Source of the DNA: Psychromonas arctica
GTDB taxonomy: Bacteria; Pseudomonadota; Gammaproteobacteria; Enterobacterales; Psychromonadaceae
DNA length: 64,000 nt
Reading direction: 5' to 3'
NCBI RefSeq assembly: GCF_036697365.1
Contig: NZ_JBAHZA010000002.1
Coordinates: 390,549-454,548, forward strand
Shown here: positions 20,822 to 31,695 of the stretch, one piece after another
Position numbering within the stretch: position 1 is the stretch's first letter
Layout: each line of letters starts with the position of its first letter
Position numbers and translations under genes: made by a program
Notes under the pieces: generated by a model
Seen by the model: only the letters and a program-made list of their open reading frames with translations
What the model was told of the DNA's origin: nothing
Databases searched by the model: none

Positions 20822-22249
20822 ATGGCAACTACACTCAAGCTTTACGAACAGATTGCGAAAGTATTACGTGAAAATATTCATACAGGATTATTTGTAGAGG
20901 GCGACAAGTTACCTTCCATTCGTCAGTTAGTATCTGAATTTGAAGTAAGTATCTCGACAGTTCAACAAGCCTATCACCAGTTGGAAATGGAAGGCTTAAT
21001 CGAAGCACGCCCTAAATCTGGATATTTTGTCGCTCATAAAATGGATTCGCCTGATTTACCCATTACTTCAAGACCGGCTCAAAGGCCTATTGAGGTTTCT
21101 CAATGGCAAGATGTTTTAGAAGTGCTATTAGCTAAGGAAGACAAGCAAAAAGTACAGCTTCAACATGCCATGCCAAATATGAAAGTTTCTAGCTTGTCGC
21201 CACTACTGAAAAAGATGTCATGGTTAATGCGCCAACAAGCCGAAATAAGCCTCCCCTATTGCGATATAAAAGGAACGTTAGCATTACGCGAACAAATAGT
21301 AGAAATTGCAACTTATTCTGGTTGTGTGCTTCACCCTGATGACTTGGTGATCACATCAGGATGCCAAGAAGCCTTATCAGTTTGTTTACGAGCAGTAACA
21401 GAACCAGCTGATATTGTTGCCGTTGAATCACCGAGTTTTTATGGTTCAATGCAAGCAATTAAAGCAGCAAATCTGAAAGCCATAGAAATACCAACTAATT
21501 CCGAAAACGGCTTGAGTTTAGAAGCATTAGAATTAGCCTTAGAACAATGGCCTATTAAAGCAATATTGGTGACTCCGACAGTAAACAATCCAATGGGTTT
21601 CAGCATGTCGGAAGCTGATAAAAAACGCCTTTATCAACTCGCACAAAGTTATGATATTAGTATCATTGAGGATGATATTTATGGCGATATCAGTTACCAA
21701 TCTCCGCGCCCTAAAACAATTAAATCATTTGATGAGGATGGTCGTGTTTTACTGTGTAGCTCTTTTTCTAAAAGTGTCGCGCCTGGGATACGTGTTGGTT
21801 GGATTGCACCAGGTCGGTATCGCGATAAAGTGACTCACATTAAATATGTAAGTAGCTCTATGTGCCCTACTTTACCACAACTAGCAATAGCAGATTTTAT
21901 CCAATCAGGGGCTTATGCTCGTCATACACGCAAAGTACGTTTGTTGTATAAGCAAGGTCGAGATCACTTAATTCAATGTATTAAACAACACTTTCCAATA
22001 GGGACTCGGATTAGCTTTCCGCAAGGTGGTTATATACTTTGGGTAGAGCTCGATAAACGCTACGATACCGTCAAAGTCTACGCGCAAAGTAAAAAAAGTA
22101 CTGTCAGTATTGCCCCTGGCACACTCTTTTCGGCAACGGGAAAATTTCGGCATTGTATGCGCTTAAATTTTAGTGAAAAAACCGCGCTAGAAAGAGAACA
22201 AGGAATCATTGAATTAGCAAATTTGATTAAACAACAAGATAATGATTAA
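20822..22249 (+). CDS. MocR-like regulator (GntR-family HTH fused to PLP-dependent aminotransferase fold)
   Basis: N-terminal GntR HTH (LYEQIAKVLRENIHTGLFVEGDKLPSIRQLVSEFEVSISTVQQAYHQLE). The C-terminus is aminotransferase class I/II with the conserved Lys region (SSFSKSVAPGIRVGW). Confidence 0.8.
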   Translation: MATTLKLYEQIAKVLRENIHTGLFVEGDKLPSIRQLVSEFEVSISTVQQAYHQLEMEGLIEARPKSGYFVAHKMDSPDLPITSRPAQRPIEVSQWQDVLEVLLAKEDKQKVQLQHAMPNMKVSSLSPLLKKMSWLMRQQAEISLPYCDIKGTLALREQIVEIATYSGCVLHPDDLVITSGCQEALSVCLRAVTEPADIVAVESPSFYGSMQAIKAANLKAIEIPTNSENGLSLEALELALEQWPIKAILVTPTVNNPMGFSMSEADKKRLYQLAQSYDISIIEDDIYGDISYQSPRPKTIKSFDEDGRVLLCSSFSKSVAPGIRVGWIAPGRYRDKVTHIKYVSSSMCPTLPQLAIADFIQSGAYARHTRKVRLLYKQGRDHLIQCIKQHFPIGTRISFPQGGYILWVELDKRYDTVKVYAQSKKSTVSIAPGTLFSATGKFRHCMRLNFSEKTALEREQGIIELANLIKQQDND

Positions 22250-22324
22250 TGTTTGTAGATGATTCCGCTATGATTCGCGCTCAACTATTCCCCTACAAAA
22301 TAGACCTAAGGTAATCACAGTAAT

Positions 22325-23125
22325 ATGAACGGAACGTTAAATAATTTGAAAGTAACTTACGATCATCAAGGTTACTTTGTATTAAGAAATTATTTTAACG
22401 CTGAAGAACTACTGCATTTACGACAAGCTGTATTGCAATTTCATTATAACTGGCAACAAGATAATCAGCACTTCTACCAAACTGAAGCTTTTAATTCGTC
22501 TCTCATTACAGGGACACAATACTTAGCAAACACAGAACGCTTACAGTTATTTAATTTTATCAGTTCAACTAAAATGACACAGATAATCGAGACTATTGTT
22601 CCTCATAAACCCGCATTTATGAATACACAACTGTTTTTTAACCCGTGTACCGCAGCACAAGAAAATTTTTGGCACCGAGATTGTCAATATGACCATGATA
22701 TTGCAGGTCAACAACAAGCTATTAAAGACACACAAGTAGTGCATTTTCGAGTGCCGTTGTTCGACGAACCTGGAATGGAGTTAGTACCAGGGTCACATAA
22801 ACGCTGGGATACTCAAGAAGAATTAGATGTACGATTAGCGAGAAAACGTAAATTCAGTAGCGATGAGCTCTCTACTGGTAAAAAAATCCCATTAAATGCT
22901 GGTGATCTATTAGTATTTTCAGCAGATATGATTCACCGAGGCTTATATGGTCAAGATAGATTGGCCTTTGATACGCTGATTTTTGATTCATCTGGTGATT
23001 TTGTCGATTATGTTGATGATGACTGTTTACCAAATCAACAAATGCTTAAACACATTAACAACCCAACTATTTTTAATAACACTCTCCATTTGAAGTCATT
23101 AAATTATCATAATCACGCTTATTAA
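22325..23125 (+). CDS. PhyH-family Fe(II)/2-oxoglutarate-dependent dioxygenase
   Basis: HxD motif (FWHRDCQYD) and a distal His (MIHRG). The length and pattern match phytanoyl-CoA dioxygenase-like proteins. Confidence 0.5.
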   Translation: MNGTLNNLKVTYDHQGYFVLRNYFNAEELLHLRQAVLQFHYNWQQDNQHFYQTEAFNSSLITGTQYLANTERLQLFNFISSTKMTQIIETIVPHKPAFMNTQLFFNPCTAAQENFWHRDCQYDHDIAGQQQAIKDTQVVHFRVPLFDEPGMELVPGSHKRWDTQEELDVRLARKRKFSSDELSTGKKIPLNAGDLLVFSADMIHRGLYGQDRLAFDTLIFDSSGDFVDYVDDDCLPNQQMLKHINNPTIFNNTLHLKSLNYHNHAY

Positions 23126-23309
23126 TTGATGCTTTACCAGTAAACAAATAATTTAATTCCGTGAACCTTTATTGATAAGCCGGGTCTGTTATTTCAATGG
23201 ATTGCTGTTATTACTCAAACAAAGCACCCTAGCTAAAAACTAATCTAATGCAAAAATGAACATAAAATTACAATAAAATAATCATGGATAAATGATAAAG
23301 GAATTAATC

Positions 23310-24266
23310 ATGTCGATTATTAGCTCAGTAAAATGGATCACCTTAAGCTTATTAACCTTCAGCTTTTCAGTATTACATGCGCAACAAAGTACCCAACCCA
23401 CAACCCATCAAAATCCATTAAATAATATCGGTGAAGTAAAAGTTGTTGCCAGTGGGTTTATCTCAACTGAAGGACCTGTTTGGCATAAAAAATCTAATTC
23501 ATTGATCTTCAGTGATATTCCTGGTGACACTATCTATGCCTTAGAAGCCGACACAGCAACCTTATCGGTATTACGTAATCCAAGTAATAATGCAAATGGA
23601 CTAGTGCTAGATAACCAAGGCTTTTTACTGGCAGCTGAGCAAAAAACCAGAGCCATCTCACGTATGGATCTTGCAACTTCAGAGGTTGTTCCTTTTATTA
23701 GCCGCCTTGAATTCGATGGTGCAACTAAAAAGTTTAACTCTCCCAACGATATCGCAGTGTTTCACGATGGCAGTGTCTTTTTCACTGATCCGCCCTTTGG
23801 CTTAAGAGGAAAGACCTCAGACTTAGGCTTCAATGGTATTTATGTGCGTTATCCTAGTGGACAAATTAACTTAATCAAAAGAATGCCTTTAGATAAGAAA
23901 CCTAATGGCATTATTTTTAATCAACAACAAAACACCTTATATGTTGCCATTTCAGATGACAAATCTGGTCCTATTTTCGCTTACGATGTTGATTTGAAAG
24001 GTATGTTACTCAATGAAAGGGAATTTGTTTATGCGCAAAATGCAGATGGAATGGCTGTTGATAAAAAAGGAAATTTATATGTCGCGTCTCGCACAGGAGT
24101 CGAAGTCTTTTCTACAACTGGAAAAAAATGGGGGAAAATAGTATTACCAAATGCATTACGCACGACTAACTGCACATTTGGTGGCAAAGAGATGAACACT
24201 TTATATATTACCAACAGAAGTGGTGAACTCTATGCAGTGCAATTACCTGCTTTGTTAGAACAATAA
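23310..24266 (+). CDS. SMP-30/gluconolactonase/LRE family protein (secreted)
   Basis: Signal peptide MSIISSVKWITLSLLTFSFSVLHA. Beta-propeller motifs EGPVWH and SDIPGDTIY. RBS aaagga sits before the ATG at 23310. Confidence 0.7.
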   Translation: MSIISSVKWITLSLLTFSFSVLHAQQSTQPTTHQNPLNNIGEVKVVASGFISTEGPVWHKKSNSLIFSDIPGDTIYALEADTATLSVLRNPSNNANGLVLDNQGFLLAAEQKTRAISRMDLATSEVVPFISRLEFDGATKKFNSPNDIAVFHDGSVFFTDPPFGLRGKTSDLGFNGIYVRYPSGQINLIKRMPLDKKPNGIIFNQQQNTLYVAISDDKSGPIFAYDVDLKGMLLNEREFVYAQNADGMAVDKKGNLYVASRTGVEVFSTTGKKWGKIVLPNALRTTNCTFGGKEMNTLYITNRSGELYAVQLPALLEQ

Positions 24267-24373
24267 TAGCAATTACATTACATATTCGATCTAAGTTTTG
24301 CGCTAAAAAAACAGTTCAATTTTAGATGAAATAGACGGAGACGTTAACTCTACTAATCATCTGCTGAAAAGTA

Positions 24374-25006
24374 CTATAACCATTTAGAGACTTGTACTTT
24401 GTAAGCATGATATTGAGTAGGATAAACAGTCAATAAATGCGTTTCTTCAGCAACGCTTTGACGTTGTAAAGCAATCACGCCAATCACTAAACAAGTTAGT
24501 GAAAAAACTGAAGGTAATGCCAGGAAAAAGCCTAATTGCGATAGCATAATACTAACAAACATCGGATGGCGAGAAAGTCTATAAACGCCGGTAGTACGTA
24601 TACTTGACGGGCCATTGGGATCAATTCCAGTACGCCAATGTTTACCTAATAATAAATGGATCGCGACAGTAGAAAGAAAGCCAAGTGTTAACAGTACATT
24701 ACCCAAAGTAATAATAGCCGCTGAGTTTAAAAATGAAATAACTCCCAGATAATGATCGAAGTCTACAAAAGCGAGACGAAGCAAACAAACAGCCCAAATT
24801 ACAGCTCTAAATACTCGGAAAGTCATATGATTCCACCAAGTACAACAAAACCGCTCTCCAGGAAATACCACTGATTTAGTCTCAGTGCTCCGCTGCTTTA
24901 TTATAATTCGACCAGTATAAAATACAGCGACAAAAGAATAAAAAACGGCAAGATAAATACGGGTAAAATCGACCACTTGTTGATCGCTGTAAAAGAAATC
25001 CATCAC
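24374..25006 (-). CDS. isoprenylcysteine carboxyl methyltransferase (ICMT/PEMT) family membrane methyltransferase
   Basis: Signature RLSRHPMFVSIMLSQLGFF (the R..RHP.Y motif of the ICMT/PEMT family). Multiple TM helices. Confidence 0.6.
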   Translation of the reverse strand: MMDFFYSDQQVVDFTRIYLAVFYSFVAVFYTGRIIIKQRSTETKSVVFPGERFCCTWWNHMTFRVFRAVIWAVCLLRLAFVDFDHYLGVISFLNSAAIITLGNVLLTLGFLSTVAIHLLLGKHWRTGIDPNGPSSIRTTGVYRLSRHPMFVSIMLSQLGFFLALPSVFSLTCLVIGVIALQRQSVAEETHLLTVYPTQYHAYKVQVSKWL

Positions 25007-25141
25007 TTAAATTTACCTTAGTGTAGCCTGCGTTAAATAATTGCTGATCGTAACATTACTGAACATCATAGTTTAATATTTTTTAAGATATTGATAATAA
25101 ATAGAATTAGTTAACTGTATTCATCATTAATTATAGCAACT

Positions 25142-25801
25142 TTATGGTGCATCTCTTTCGCTAGGAGAATTTTTAAATGTTGTTCCTACGCTCAATGGGT
25201 TAACAAGCTTACGTTGTTGGTTAGTTGCTTCTGCCCACCACATAAGTTGATTAAAGGTTTGTGTAAAATAGTTAAACCACGCATCCTGTTCTTGATTTAC
25301 ATGCATCGAGCCATCTGCAGTGAAAACTTCCTGTGCTTTAGGGATATGAATCATTGAAGATACCGATAAACTCCCTAATTCAGATAAAAAAGTACGCATC
25401 CCCATAGCGGCTCGCATACCGCCCCATTGTCCGGCAGAATAAGTGACAATCGCACTCGGCTTATATGAAAAGAGTGAACTCCCAAAGTGATTAAGTAAAT
25501 GACTCAATGCGGGACTCATTGAATGATTATATTCAGGACTAATCATAATATAACCATCACTGACTTTTATCTTGTTTGCTAATGCTTCTAAATCTTTTGG
25601 GACCTGACTTTTAGCATAAGCAAAATGAGGTTTAAAAACATCATCGAATGAAAAATCTAAAGCATCAATTAACTCGAACTGATGCTCGTCATATCGGCTC
25701 TGTAAACAAGAGATACAAGCCTTAGCGACTCTTTCGCCTAATCTAGCAGGTTTCGGTGGCGTACTATCACGTACCGAACCTAAAAAGACTAAAAACTTCA
25801 T
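25142..25801 (-). CDS. NADPH-dependent FMN reductase family oxidoreductase (flavodoxin-like fold)
   Basis: N-terminus MKFLVFLGSVRDSTPP is typical of the FMN_red family. 219 aa. Confidence 0.65.
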   Translation of the reverse strand: MKFLVFLGSVRDSTPPKPARLGERVAKACISCLQSRYDEHQFELIDALDFSFDDVFKPHFAYAKSQVPKDLEALANKIKVSDGYIMISPEYNHSMSPALSHLLNHFGSSLFSYKPSAIVTYSAGQWGGMRAAMGMRTFLSELGSLSVSSMIHIPKAQEVFTADGSMHVNQEQDAWFNYFTQTFNQLMWWAEATNQQRKLVNPLSVGTTFKNSPSERDAP

Positions 25802-25858
25802 ATCACCTCACTCTCAGTAAATTCATCACTGTCTATTATCAATCAAAAATATTAAAGT

Positions 25859-26668
25859 TTAAGCATCTAGTACAAACTTTTGAATCGCTTTAGCCACACC
25901 GCTTTCAGTGTTTGATAGTGTGACATAATCAGCGATCTCTTTAATATCATCCGTCGCATTACCCATCGCTACCCCCAACCCTGCATATTTAATCATATGA
26001 TAATCATTGCCAGCATCACCAACACACATAACTTGCTCAGCAGGAATAGAAAAGTAATCTGCAAGTGCCTTAACACCAATCCCTTTATTACTCTGCTTAT
26101 GCAAAAATTCCAAAAAGAAAGGAGCACTTTTTAGAATAGTAAATTGCTCATATAATTCAGGAGGTAATTTTTCAATGGCTGCACTTAACTTTTCTGGTTT
26201 ATCTATGATCATCACTTTTAAAATAGCGTCATCATCATTAAATTCTTTAAAATCAAACAAAGTAATTAATTCACCATTAATGCGGGATTCTAAATCCGTG
26301 TATTCATTGTGAGCAGGAGTTACTAAGCCTCTCTCTGCACAAAAGGCATGTACATGTAATCCCATTAAATCTGCTAATGCGGCGATCTGTTTTGCGTCTT
26401 TACCCTGCAAAATTTGGCTTCGAACAATATTGCCACTTTCAACTTGCTGCACGACAGAAGCATTAAAACTTAATACATAGTCATCGTCAGTAGTCATACC
26501 TAACTCATCTAATGCGCCTCTCATACCACTAGTTGGACGTCCAGAAACTAAGACAACACGTACACCTTTAGCGCGAGCAGCTTCAATAGCGGCTTTATTT
26601 TCATCTGTGATTTTTTTATCCGGCGTCATTAATGTGCCATCAATATCTAAGGCAATCAGTTTATACAT
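25859..26668 (-). CDS. Cof-type HAD-IIB family sugar-phosphate phosphatase
   Basis: LIALDIDGTLM motif I. The C-terminus GDAGNDYHMIKYAGLGVAMGNA is a Cof/YidA-type motif IV. Confidence 0.8.
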   Translation of the reverse strand: MYKLIALDIDGTLMTPDKKITDENKAAIEAARAKGVRVVLVSGRPTSGMRGALDELGMTTDDDYVLSFNASVVQQVESGNIVRSQILQGKDAKQIAALADLMGLHVHAFCAERGLVTPAHNEYTDLESRINGELITLFDFKEFNDDDAILKVMIIDKPEKLSAAIEKLPPELYEQFTILKSAPFFLEFLHKQSNKGIGVKALADYFSIPAEQVMCVGDAGNDYHMIKYAGLGVAMGNATDDIKEIADYVTLSNTESGVAKAIQKFVLDA

Positions 26669-26724
26669 ACACACTCCTCTTATGTCGGGCTAAAATAAAT
26701 TACTGAAACCACTTATTGTTAGTA

Positions 26725-28635
26725 TTATTTGTTGTTTTTACTTATCCAATTAACTACGTCGGAAAAACGATAATTCTCTAGTGAAGCAAATCCAGGTAAT
26801 TGGCGTACTTTTAAACGAGTAAATATTGGTGTCGTTAATCCACATAAAAATCGAGCTCTCAATATATAGCTATCATGTTCACCTAATTTTTCAGCGATAG
26901 ACTGGCTTAACTGCACTGGGTCAAATTGTTGTAAAGGTGTTAAAGCGGGCACTACAGGCATCACTGCAGGCTGCCCTACACATACCGAGCAGTGACCACA
27001 TTGAGTTTGTAAACGGCGATCAGAAAAGTAGTCAGCGAGTTGCCAATTCAAACACTGGTCACTCGCAAAAAAGTCTAATAAATGATGGATACGTTGAATC
27101 TCGCTCTGTTCTTTTTGCAAGAATCGCGTAATGAGTTCATCGCGCAGGTCATTAGTAATATTGGATTTGTCAATTTTGTAGACTTGCGTCATCTGTTTAG
27201 TTTGTAGTTCTATCAACCCCTGTTGATCTAGATAATCTAACGCAGTAAGTACCCTACTACGGTCACATTGAACCTGGCTTTGCATGCGTTCAAAATTTAA
27301 TGAAGACCAAGTGCGAGCTTTATCAGAAGTCGCTAAAATAGTTTGTACAAACTGAGCCCTTTCCCCATGAAAACGTCCCACTAACTCAGTTTCAGGTACC
27401 AATAATTTATACTTATATTCTGCATAATAACTGTAAGCAGGTTCGATCACTGCTTCCAGCTCTAAATATACTAATAATGTTTTCAAAGCTAACAAGCGAA
27501 TATTAGACTGAGCCGACAGACTATTCATGACCACTTCCCATTGCCCTTGTGCTTGTTGTATTTCGTGAATAATAAAATCCACTGCACTGGCTTCCGGTGT
27601 ATCGGCATGTACAAAGTTTTCTAATATATTAAGGTTATTTTTATTGGCTAGCACAAGGCATTCTGAAGTTTTACCGTCACGTCCTGCTCGGCCAATTTCT
27701 TGAGCATAGTTTTCAATAGACTTAGGTAAGTCATAATGCACCACAAAGCGAATATCACTTTTATCAATCCCCATCCCAAAGGCAATAGTAGCTACGATTA
27801 ATGGTAACTGTCCGTCCATAAATTGCTGTTGTATGAGTTGCCTTTGTTCATTGCCTAACCCTGCGTGATAAGCGATTGCCTTAATACCAGCTTGAGATAG
27901 CGCTTCAGCGACCTGTTCTGCAGTTTTTTGTAACGTCACATAAATGATCCCTGCTTGCCCAGCTTTACTTTCTAGCCAAGGCACTAAACAAGGTAATTTA
28001 TTCTGCTCATCTACACCTAAAACGGAGAGGTTTAAGTTAGCACGGTAAGAACCCGTAAGCGTAATATGCTCTGATTCAATATGAAATTTTTCTGCCATAT
28101 CCTGAATCACTTTATCAGTGGCAGTGGCAGTCAATAACAAAACTTGATTAATCGAAAACTGCTCTCGATAAGCTGCCAGCTTTAAGTAATCTGGCCTAAA
28201 ATTATGTCCCCACTCACTGATACAGTGTGCTTCATCAACCACCATTAATGAGATCGGGACTTGCTTCAAAAATGTTCTAAACCGTTCGTTATTCAAACGC
28301 TCTACTGAAATAAATAAGATCTTAATTTCACCTTCACTAACACGTTTATAAACGTCAGCCGCTTCTGCTGCTGTTTGCATAGATTGAATACTCGCCGCGT
28401 GAATTCCTTTGCTTTGTAAAAAATCTAACTGATCTTGGATTAGGGCTAACAAAGGCGATACAACTAACGTTAAATGTGGGAGGTGTAATGCAGGCAATTG
28501 ATAGCAGAGGCTTTTTCCTGAACCTGTAGGAAAGATAGCAGCAGCACTATGGCCATTTAAGAGTGATTGAATCACTGGCTCTTGCCCAGCACGAAACTGA
28601 TCAAAACCAAAATATTGCTGCAAGGTAGAATACAT
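26725..28635 (-). CDS. RecQ-family ATP-dependent DNA helicase
   Basis: Walker A PTGSGKSLCYQLPA, DEAH box (VVDEAHCISEWGHNFRPDY), and a C-terminal Zn-binding region (CGHCSVC). Confidence 0.85.
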   Translation of the reverse strand: MYSTLQQYFGFDQFRAGQEPVIQSLLNGHSAAAIFPTGSGKSLCYQLPALHLPHLTLVVSPLLALIQDQLDFLQSKGIHAASIQSMQTAAEAADVYKRVSEGEIKILFISVERLNNERFRTFLKQVPISLMVVDEAHCISEWGHNFRPDYLKLAAYREQFSINQVLLLTATATDKVIQDMAEKFHIESEHITLTGSYRANLNLSVLGVDEQNKLPCLVPWLESKAGQAGIIYVTLQKTAEQVAEALSQAGIKAIAYHAGLGNEQRQLIQQQFMDGQLPLIVATIAFGMGIDKSDIRFVVHYDLPKSIENYAQEIGRAGRDGKTSECLVLANKNNLNILENFVHADTPEASAVDFIIHEIQQAQGQWEVVMNSLSAQSNIRLLALKTLLVYLELEAVIEPAYSYYAEYKYKLLVPETELVGRFHGERAQFVQTILATSDKARTWSSLNFERMQSQVQCDRSRVLTALDYLDQQGLIELQTKQMTQVYKIDKSNITNDLRDELITRFLQKEQSEIQRIHHLLDFFASDQCLNWQLADYFSDRRLQTQCGHCSVCVGQPAVMPVVPALTPLQQFDPVQLSQSIAEKLGEHDSYILRARFLCGLTTPIFTRLKVRQLPGFASLENYRFSDVVNWISKNNK

Positions 28636-28935
28636 ATAAGAATCCGAAAAATAAATTAATAAGCATTTATATCATAGTTACTTGTGATTTGTTGTTATGT
28701 TCCCTTAGCAATATCAATAAAATATAGATGAACACTAGCAACGTCCGGCTACATAAATTAAATTATTTATCTAATGACAAGCACCACCGACCTAATCTAA
28801 AAAAACACTATACCTCTGAATTTAAAGCTATTTTAATTATTAACTTGCGACAGCCTATTATCGCAAAATAACAAACCTTGCCTGCCAAGTAAAAGCCCCT
28901 TATTATCATCTTAAAAATATAAACTAGAGGTCAAG

Positions 28936-30168
28936 ATGACAACTGCACAGCCTAAAAAAGTCAGTAAACGATTAATTATCACTTTGTCATCTATTTATGC
29001 CATTTCCCCTTTTGCCATTGACAGTTATTTACCAGCGATCCCATTAATTGCCAATGAAATGCAGGTTGATATTTCTTTATTATCAGTCACTGTTAGTTTA
29101 TATATTTTGGGTTTAGCCATTGGCCAACTGATCGGCGGCCCACTTTCCGATAAACACGGAAGATTACCTATTATGCTATTAGGTTTGTTCATCTTTGCAG
29201 TTGCAAGTTTGTTACTCACCACCAGCAGTCATATAGCTTTGTTATGGGGATGGCGCTTAATGCAAGCTATTGGTGGAGGGATCGCCATCGTTGGCGTACC
29301 AGCCACTATTCGAGATAATGCTGATGGTAAAGAAGCTGCAAAACTCTTTGCTCTAGTCGCCCTAATCATGATGATAGCGCCATCAATTGCGCCTACCATT
29401 GGTAATCTTATTTTATCTTTGCATTCATGGCACTGGATTTTCTATTTTACGGCAGGCTTTTCATGTATAGCGATGTTGATGGCTAAGAAATACGTCCCAC
29501 ATCAATCAAAAAAACAAAAAAAATTATTAGCCATCACCATTGAACGTAAAAAAGGCATTAAATTTATTGAAGTGTTTAAGCACAAGCAAGGGATCGGTTA
29601 CATGCTGGCACAAGCCTTTGCATTTGCTGTAATGATGACCTTTGTCGCTAACTCAGCCATGATCTATTTATCTATTTTTAAGGTTACCGCCACGACCTTC
29701 ACTCAGCTATTTGCATTAAATATTGGCGGCTTAATATTTATTAATCGGCTTAATACCTTGCTATTGAATCGTTTTGAACCAGCGATATTAGCAAGGTGCT
29801 TTTTGACCATGCAGTTTTTAGGAGGTGTTTTATTGGTTGCATCAAGCTTGATTGTTCCAGATAATTTAACCCTAATCGTAATTGGTTTTATGATAATGAT
29901 CAGTGCAAATGGAGGCGTAATGGCTAACTGTAATGCTTGTTTCTTAAAATATTTTGGTAAAAATGCAGGCACTGCTTCTGCAGTTTTAGGCGCTTTTCAA
30001 TGCACAATGGGGGCAACGATTAGCGCTTTTGCTGCGTTTATTAGTATGGGCTATTTGCAACCAGTGGTGTTTATTATGCTGATTGCCTCATCAATTGCTT
30101 TAACTGCCGTTATTCACAGTAATAAACAAGCTCGTTTAGCTGAAATACTAGAATCAGAAACCCCGTAA
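28936..30168 (+). CDS. MFS transporter, Bcr/CflA-type multidrug efflux
   Basis: 410 aa with 12 TM segments. Motif GPLSDKHGRLPIML. Confidence 0.8.
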   Translation: MTTAQPKKVSKRLIITLSSIYAISPFAIDSYLPAIPLIANEMQVDISLLSVTVSLYILGLAIGQLIGGPLSDKHGRLPIMLLGLFIFAVASLLLTTSSHIALLWGWRLMQAIGGGIAIVGVPATIRDNADGKEAAKLFALVALIMMIAPSIAPTIGNLILSLHSWHWIFYFTAGFSCIAMLMAKKYVPHQSKKQKKLLAITIERKKGIKFIEVFKHKQGIGYMLAQAFAFAVMMTFVANSAMIYLSIFKVTATTFTQLFALNIGGLIFINRLNTLLLNRFEPAILARCFLTMQFLGGVLLVASSLIVPDNLTLIVIGFMIMISANGGVMANCNACFLKYFGKNAGTASAVLGAFQCTMGATISAFAAFISMGYLQPVVFIMLIASSIALTAVIHSNKQARLAEILESETP

Positions 30169-30191
30169 TTTCGAGGCCTCGTATTTAATTT

Positions 30192-30488
30192 TTATAACAT
30201 ACTAGTGAAATGCCCATAGTAAAGCTTTTCACCTACTAGCGACTCTAAAGCTTCACGACTCGGTAAGCTATGCCAAAGCTCAGCGGCCTGCTTGACCGCT
30301 TGCTCACTTGTCCAAGTCAATTGCCAACAAACCTCATCTTCGCGATCAATACTTTGTAAAATATCATATGATGATATTAACTGACCGTGCACATTAATTT
30401 CTTCAAAAATTAATAAACTCACACGCATCACTTCAGGGATATTGTTTTTAGAGACTTTAAAAATAGCGACTTCAGAACATAAACTCAT
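30192..30488 (-). CDS. hypothetical protein, possible ABM (antibiotic biosynthesis monooxygenase-like) fold
   Basis: 98 aa. The pattern VAIFKV...W.S.EA...H..SP resembles Dabb/ABM domains. Weak call. Confidence 0.3.
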   Translation of the reverse strand: MSLCSEVAIFKVSKNNIPEVMRVSLLIFEEINVHGQLISSYDILQSIDREDEVCWQLTWTSEQAVKQAAELWHSLPSREALESLVGEKLYYGHFTSML

Positions 30489-30687
30489 TTTTGTTAACCT
30501 TTTTCTAAATCTATTAAAAACACAGTTTTCCTTATTTCGTTAATAAAGCCAATCACATTAAATAATGATGCTAAATTTTAATCAGAAAAATTTATGCAAG
30601 AGCAAAGTTGATTGTTTCTAAATTAACGACGTTAGGTATTAGTCAAAAATAATCCAAACAATGATAACTCTTTACAGGTTTACCTAT

Positions 30688-31641
30688 TTAACTTTTATAG
30701 GACTGCAACAATAAACAGATCAGAATTAAAAAAAGCCCTAGCCAACCTAATAATGAAATTGACTCGCCTACTACAAAAACCGCGAACAAAGCAGCAACAG
30801 CAGGCTCAAAAAGAGTCAATAAAGTTGCTTTACTCGCATGAGTTGTTTTCAAGCCAAAACCAAAACAAAGGTAACCAATAAACATTGGAATAACCGCTAT
30901 ATACACAAGTACTATGGTATCAATAGAAGCAATAACTAACGAGTTACTGTTGATCAGAAACACAGGCACCAACAAGATACCACCAATACCAAATATACTA
31001 CCCACCGCTGACTTTGAGCTAACACCACGATTAATTAATGCTTTTGCTGCCCAAGAATACAAGGCATAGGTAAAGCCTGCGATAAAACCTAATAAAATGC
31101 CTAAATATTTACTGTTTTCATCAAACTCACTACCCGAAATATTAGTCTCTGAGCCAGCTAAAAAAACAATGCCAACGGCTCCCAACAACAAACTAACTAA
31201 CCAATATCCATCAATATTATTTTCTTTGCTAAAAAGTCGCTCAATAACAGCAACAAAAAATGGTGCACTAGCAATCGAAACAACTGTGCCGATAGCAACG
31301 CCAGATAAGCGCATCGCACTATAAAATGCTAATGGATAAATAGCTAATGCAATGGCGCCAATCAGTAAGGTATAACGAGACTCACTCAGTTTTTTCATGT
31401 CCAAACGAATATGTTTAGCGCCGTTAATAGCCAACAATAACCCACCAATCCCCATGGTGAAAGATCCAATAGCTAAAGGACTGATAGTTGATGCGTAGGA
31501 AGCAGCTGTTCCTGTTGTTCCCCACAGTAATGAGGCAAACAAAATGGCAAATACGCCCTGTTTACTTGCCTTGCTACTCACGCTTAATTGGCTCAATGTT
31601 AACTTCCTTCTCTTATAGATTAGTATCAAATCATAAAGCAT
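30688..31641 (-). CDS. DMT superfamily (EamA-like) transporter
   Basis: 317 aa. Two EamA repeats with ~10 TM helices. Confidence 0.75.
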   Translation of the reverse strand: MLYDLILIYKRRKLTLSQLSVSSKASKQGVFAILFASLLWGTTGTAASYASTISPLAIGSFTMGIGGLLLAINGAKHIRLDMKKLSESRYTLLIGAIALAIYPLAFYSAMRLSGVAIGTVVSIASAPFFVAVIERLFSKENNIDGYWLVSLLLGAVGIVFLAGSETNISGSEFDENSKYLGILLGFIAGFTYALYSWAAKALINRGVSSKSAVGSIFGIGGILLVPVFLINSNSLVIASIDTIVLVYIAVIPMFIGYLCFGFGLKTTHASKATLLTLFEPAVAALFAVFVVGESISLLGWLGLFLILICLLLQSYKS

Positions 31642-31695
31642 TCATTTAACAATTAGTTTGCAGTTAAGACGCTGTGTTTGACATTAAAGACTTAG

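Noticed and set aside
30171-30181. Palindrome cgaggcctcg between convergent MFS and ABM-like genes as a terminator
   Set aside because: The stem is only 5 bp with no loop and has only a weak T-rich tail. I kept it out of the feature list.
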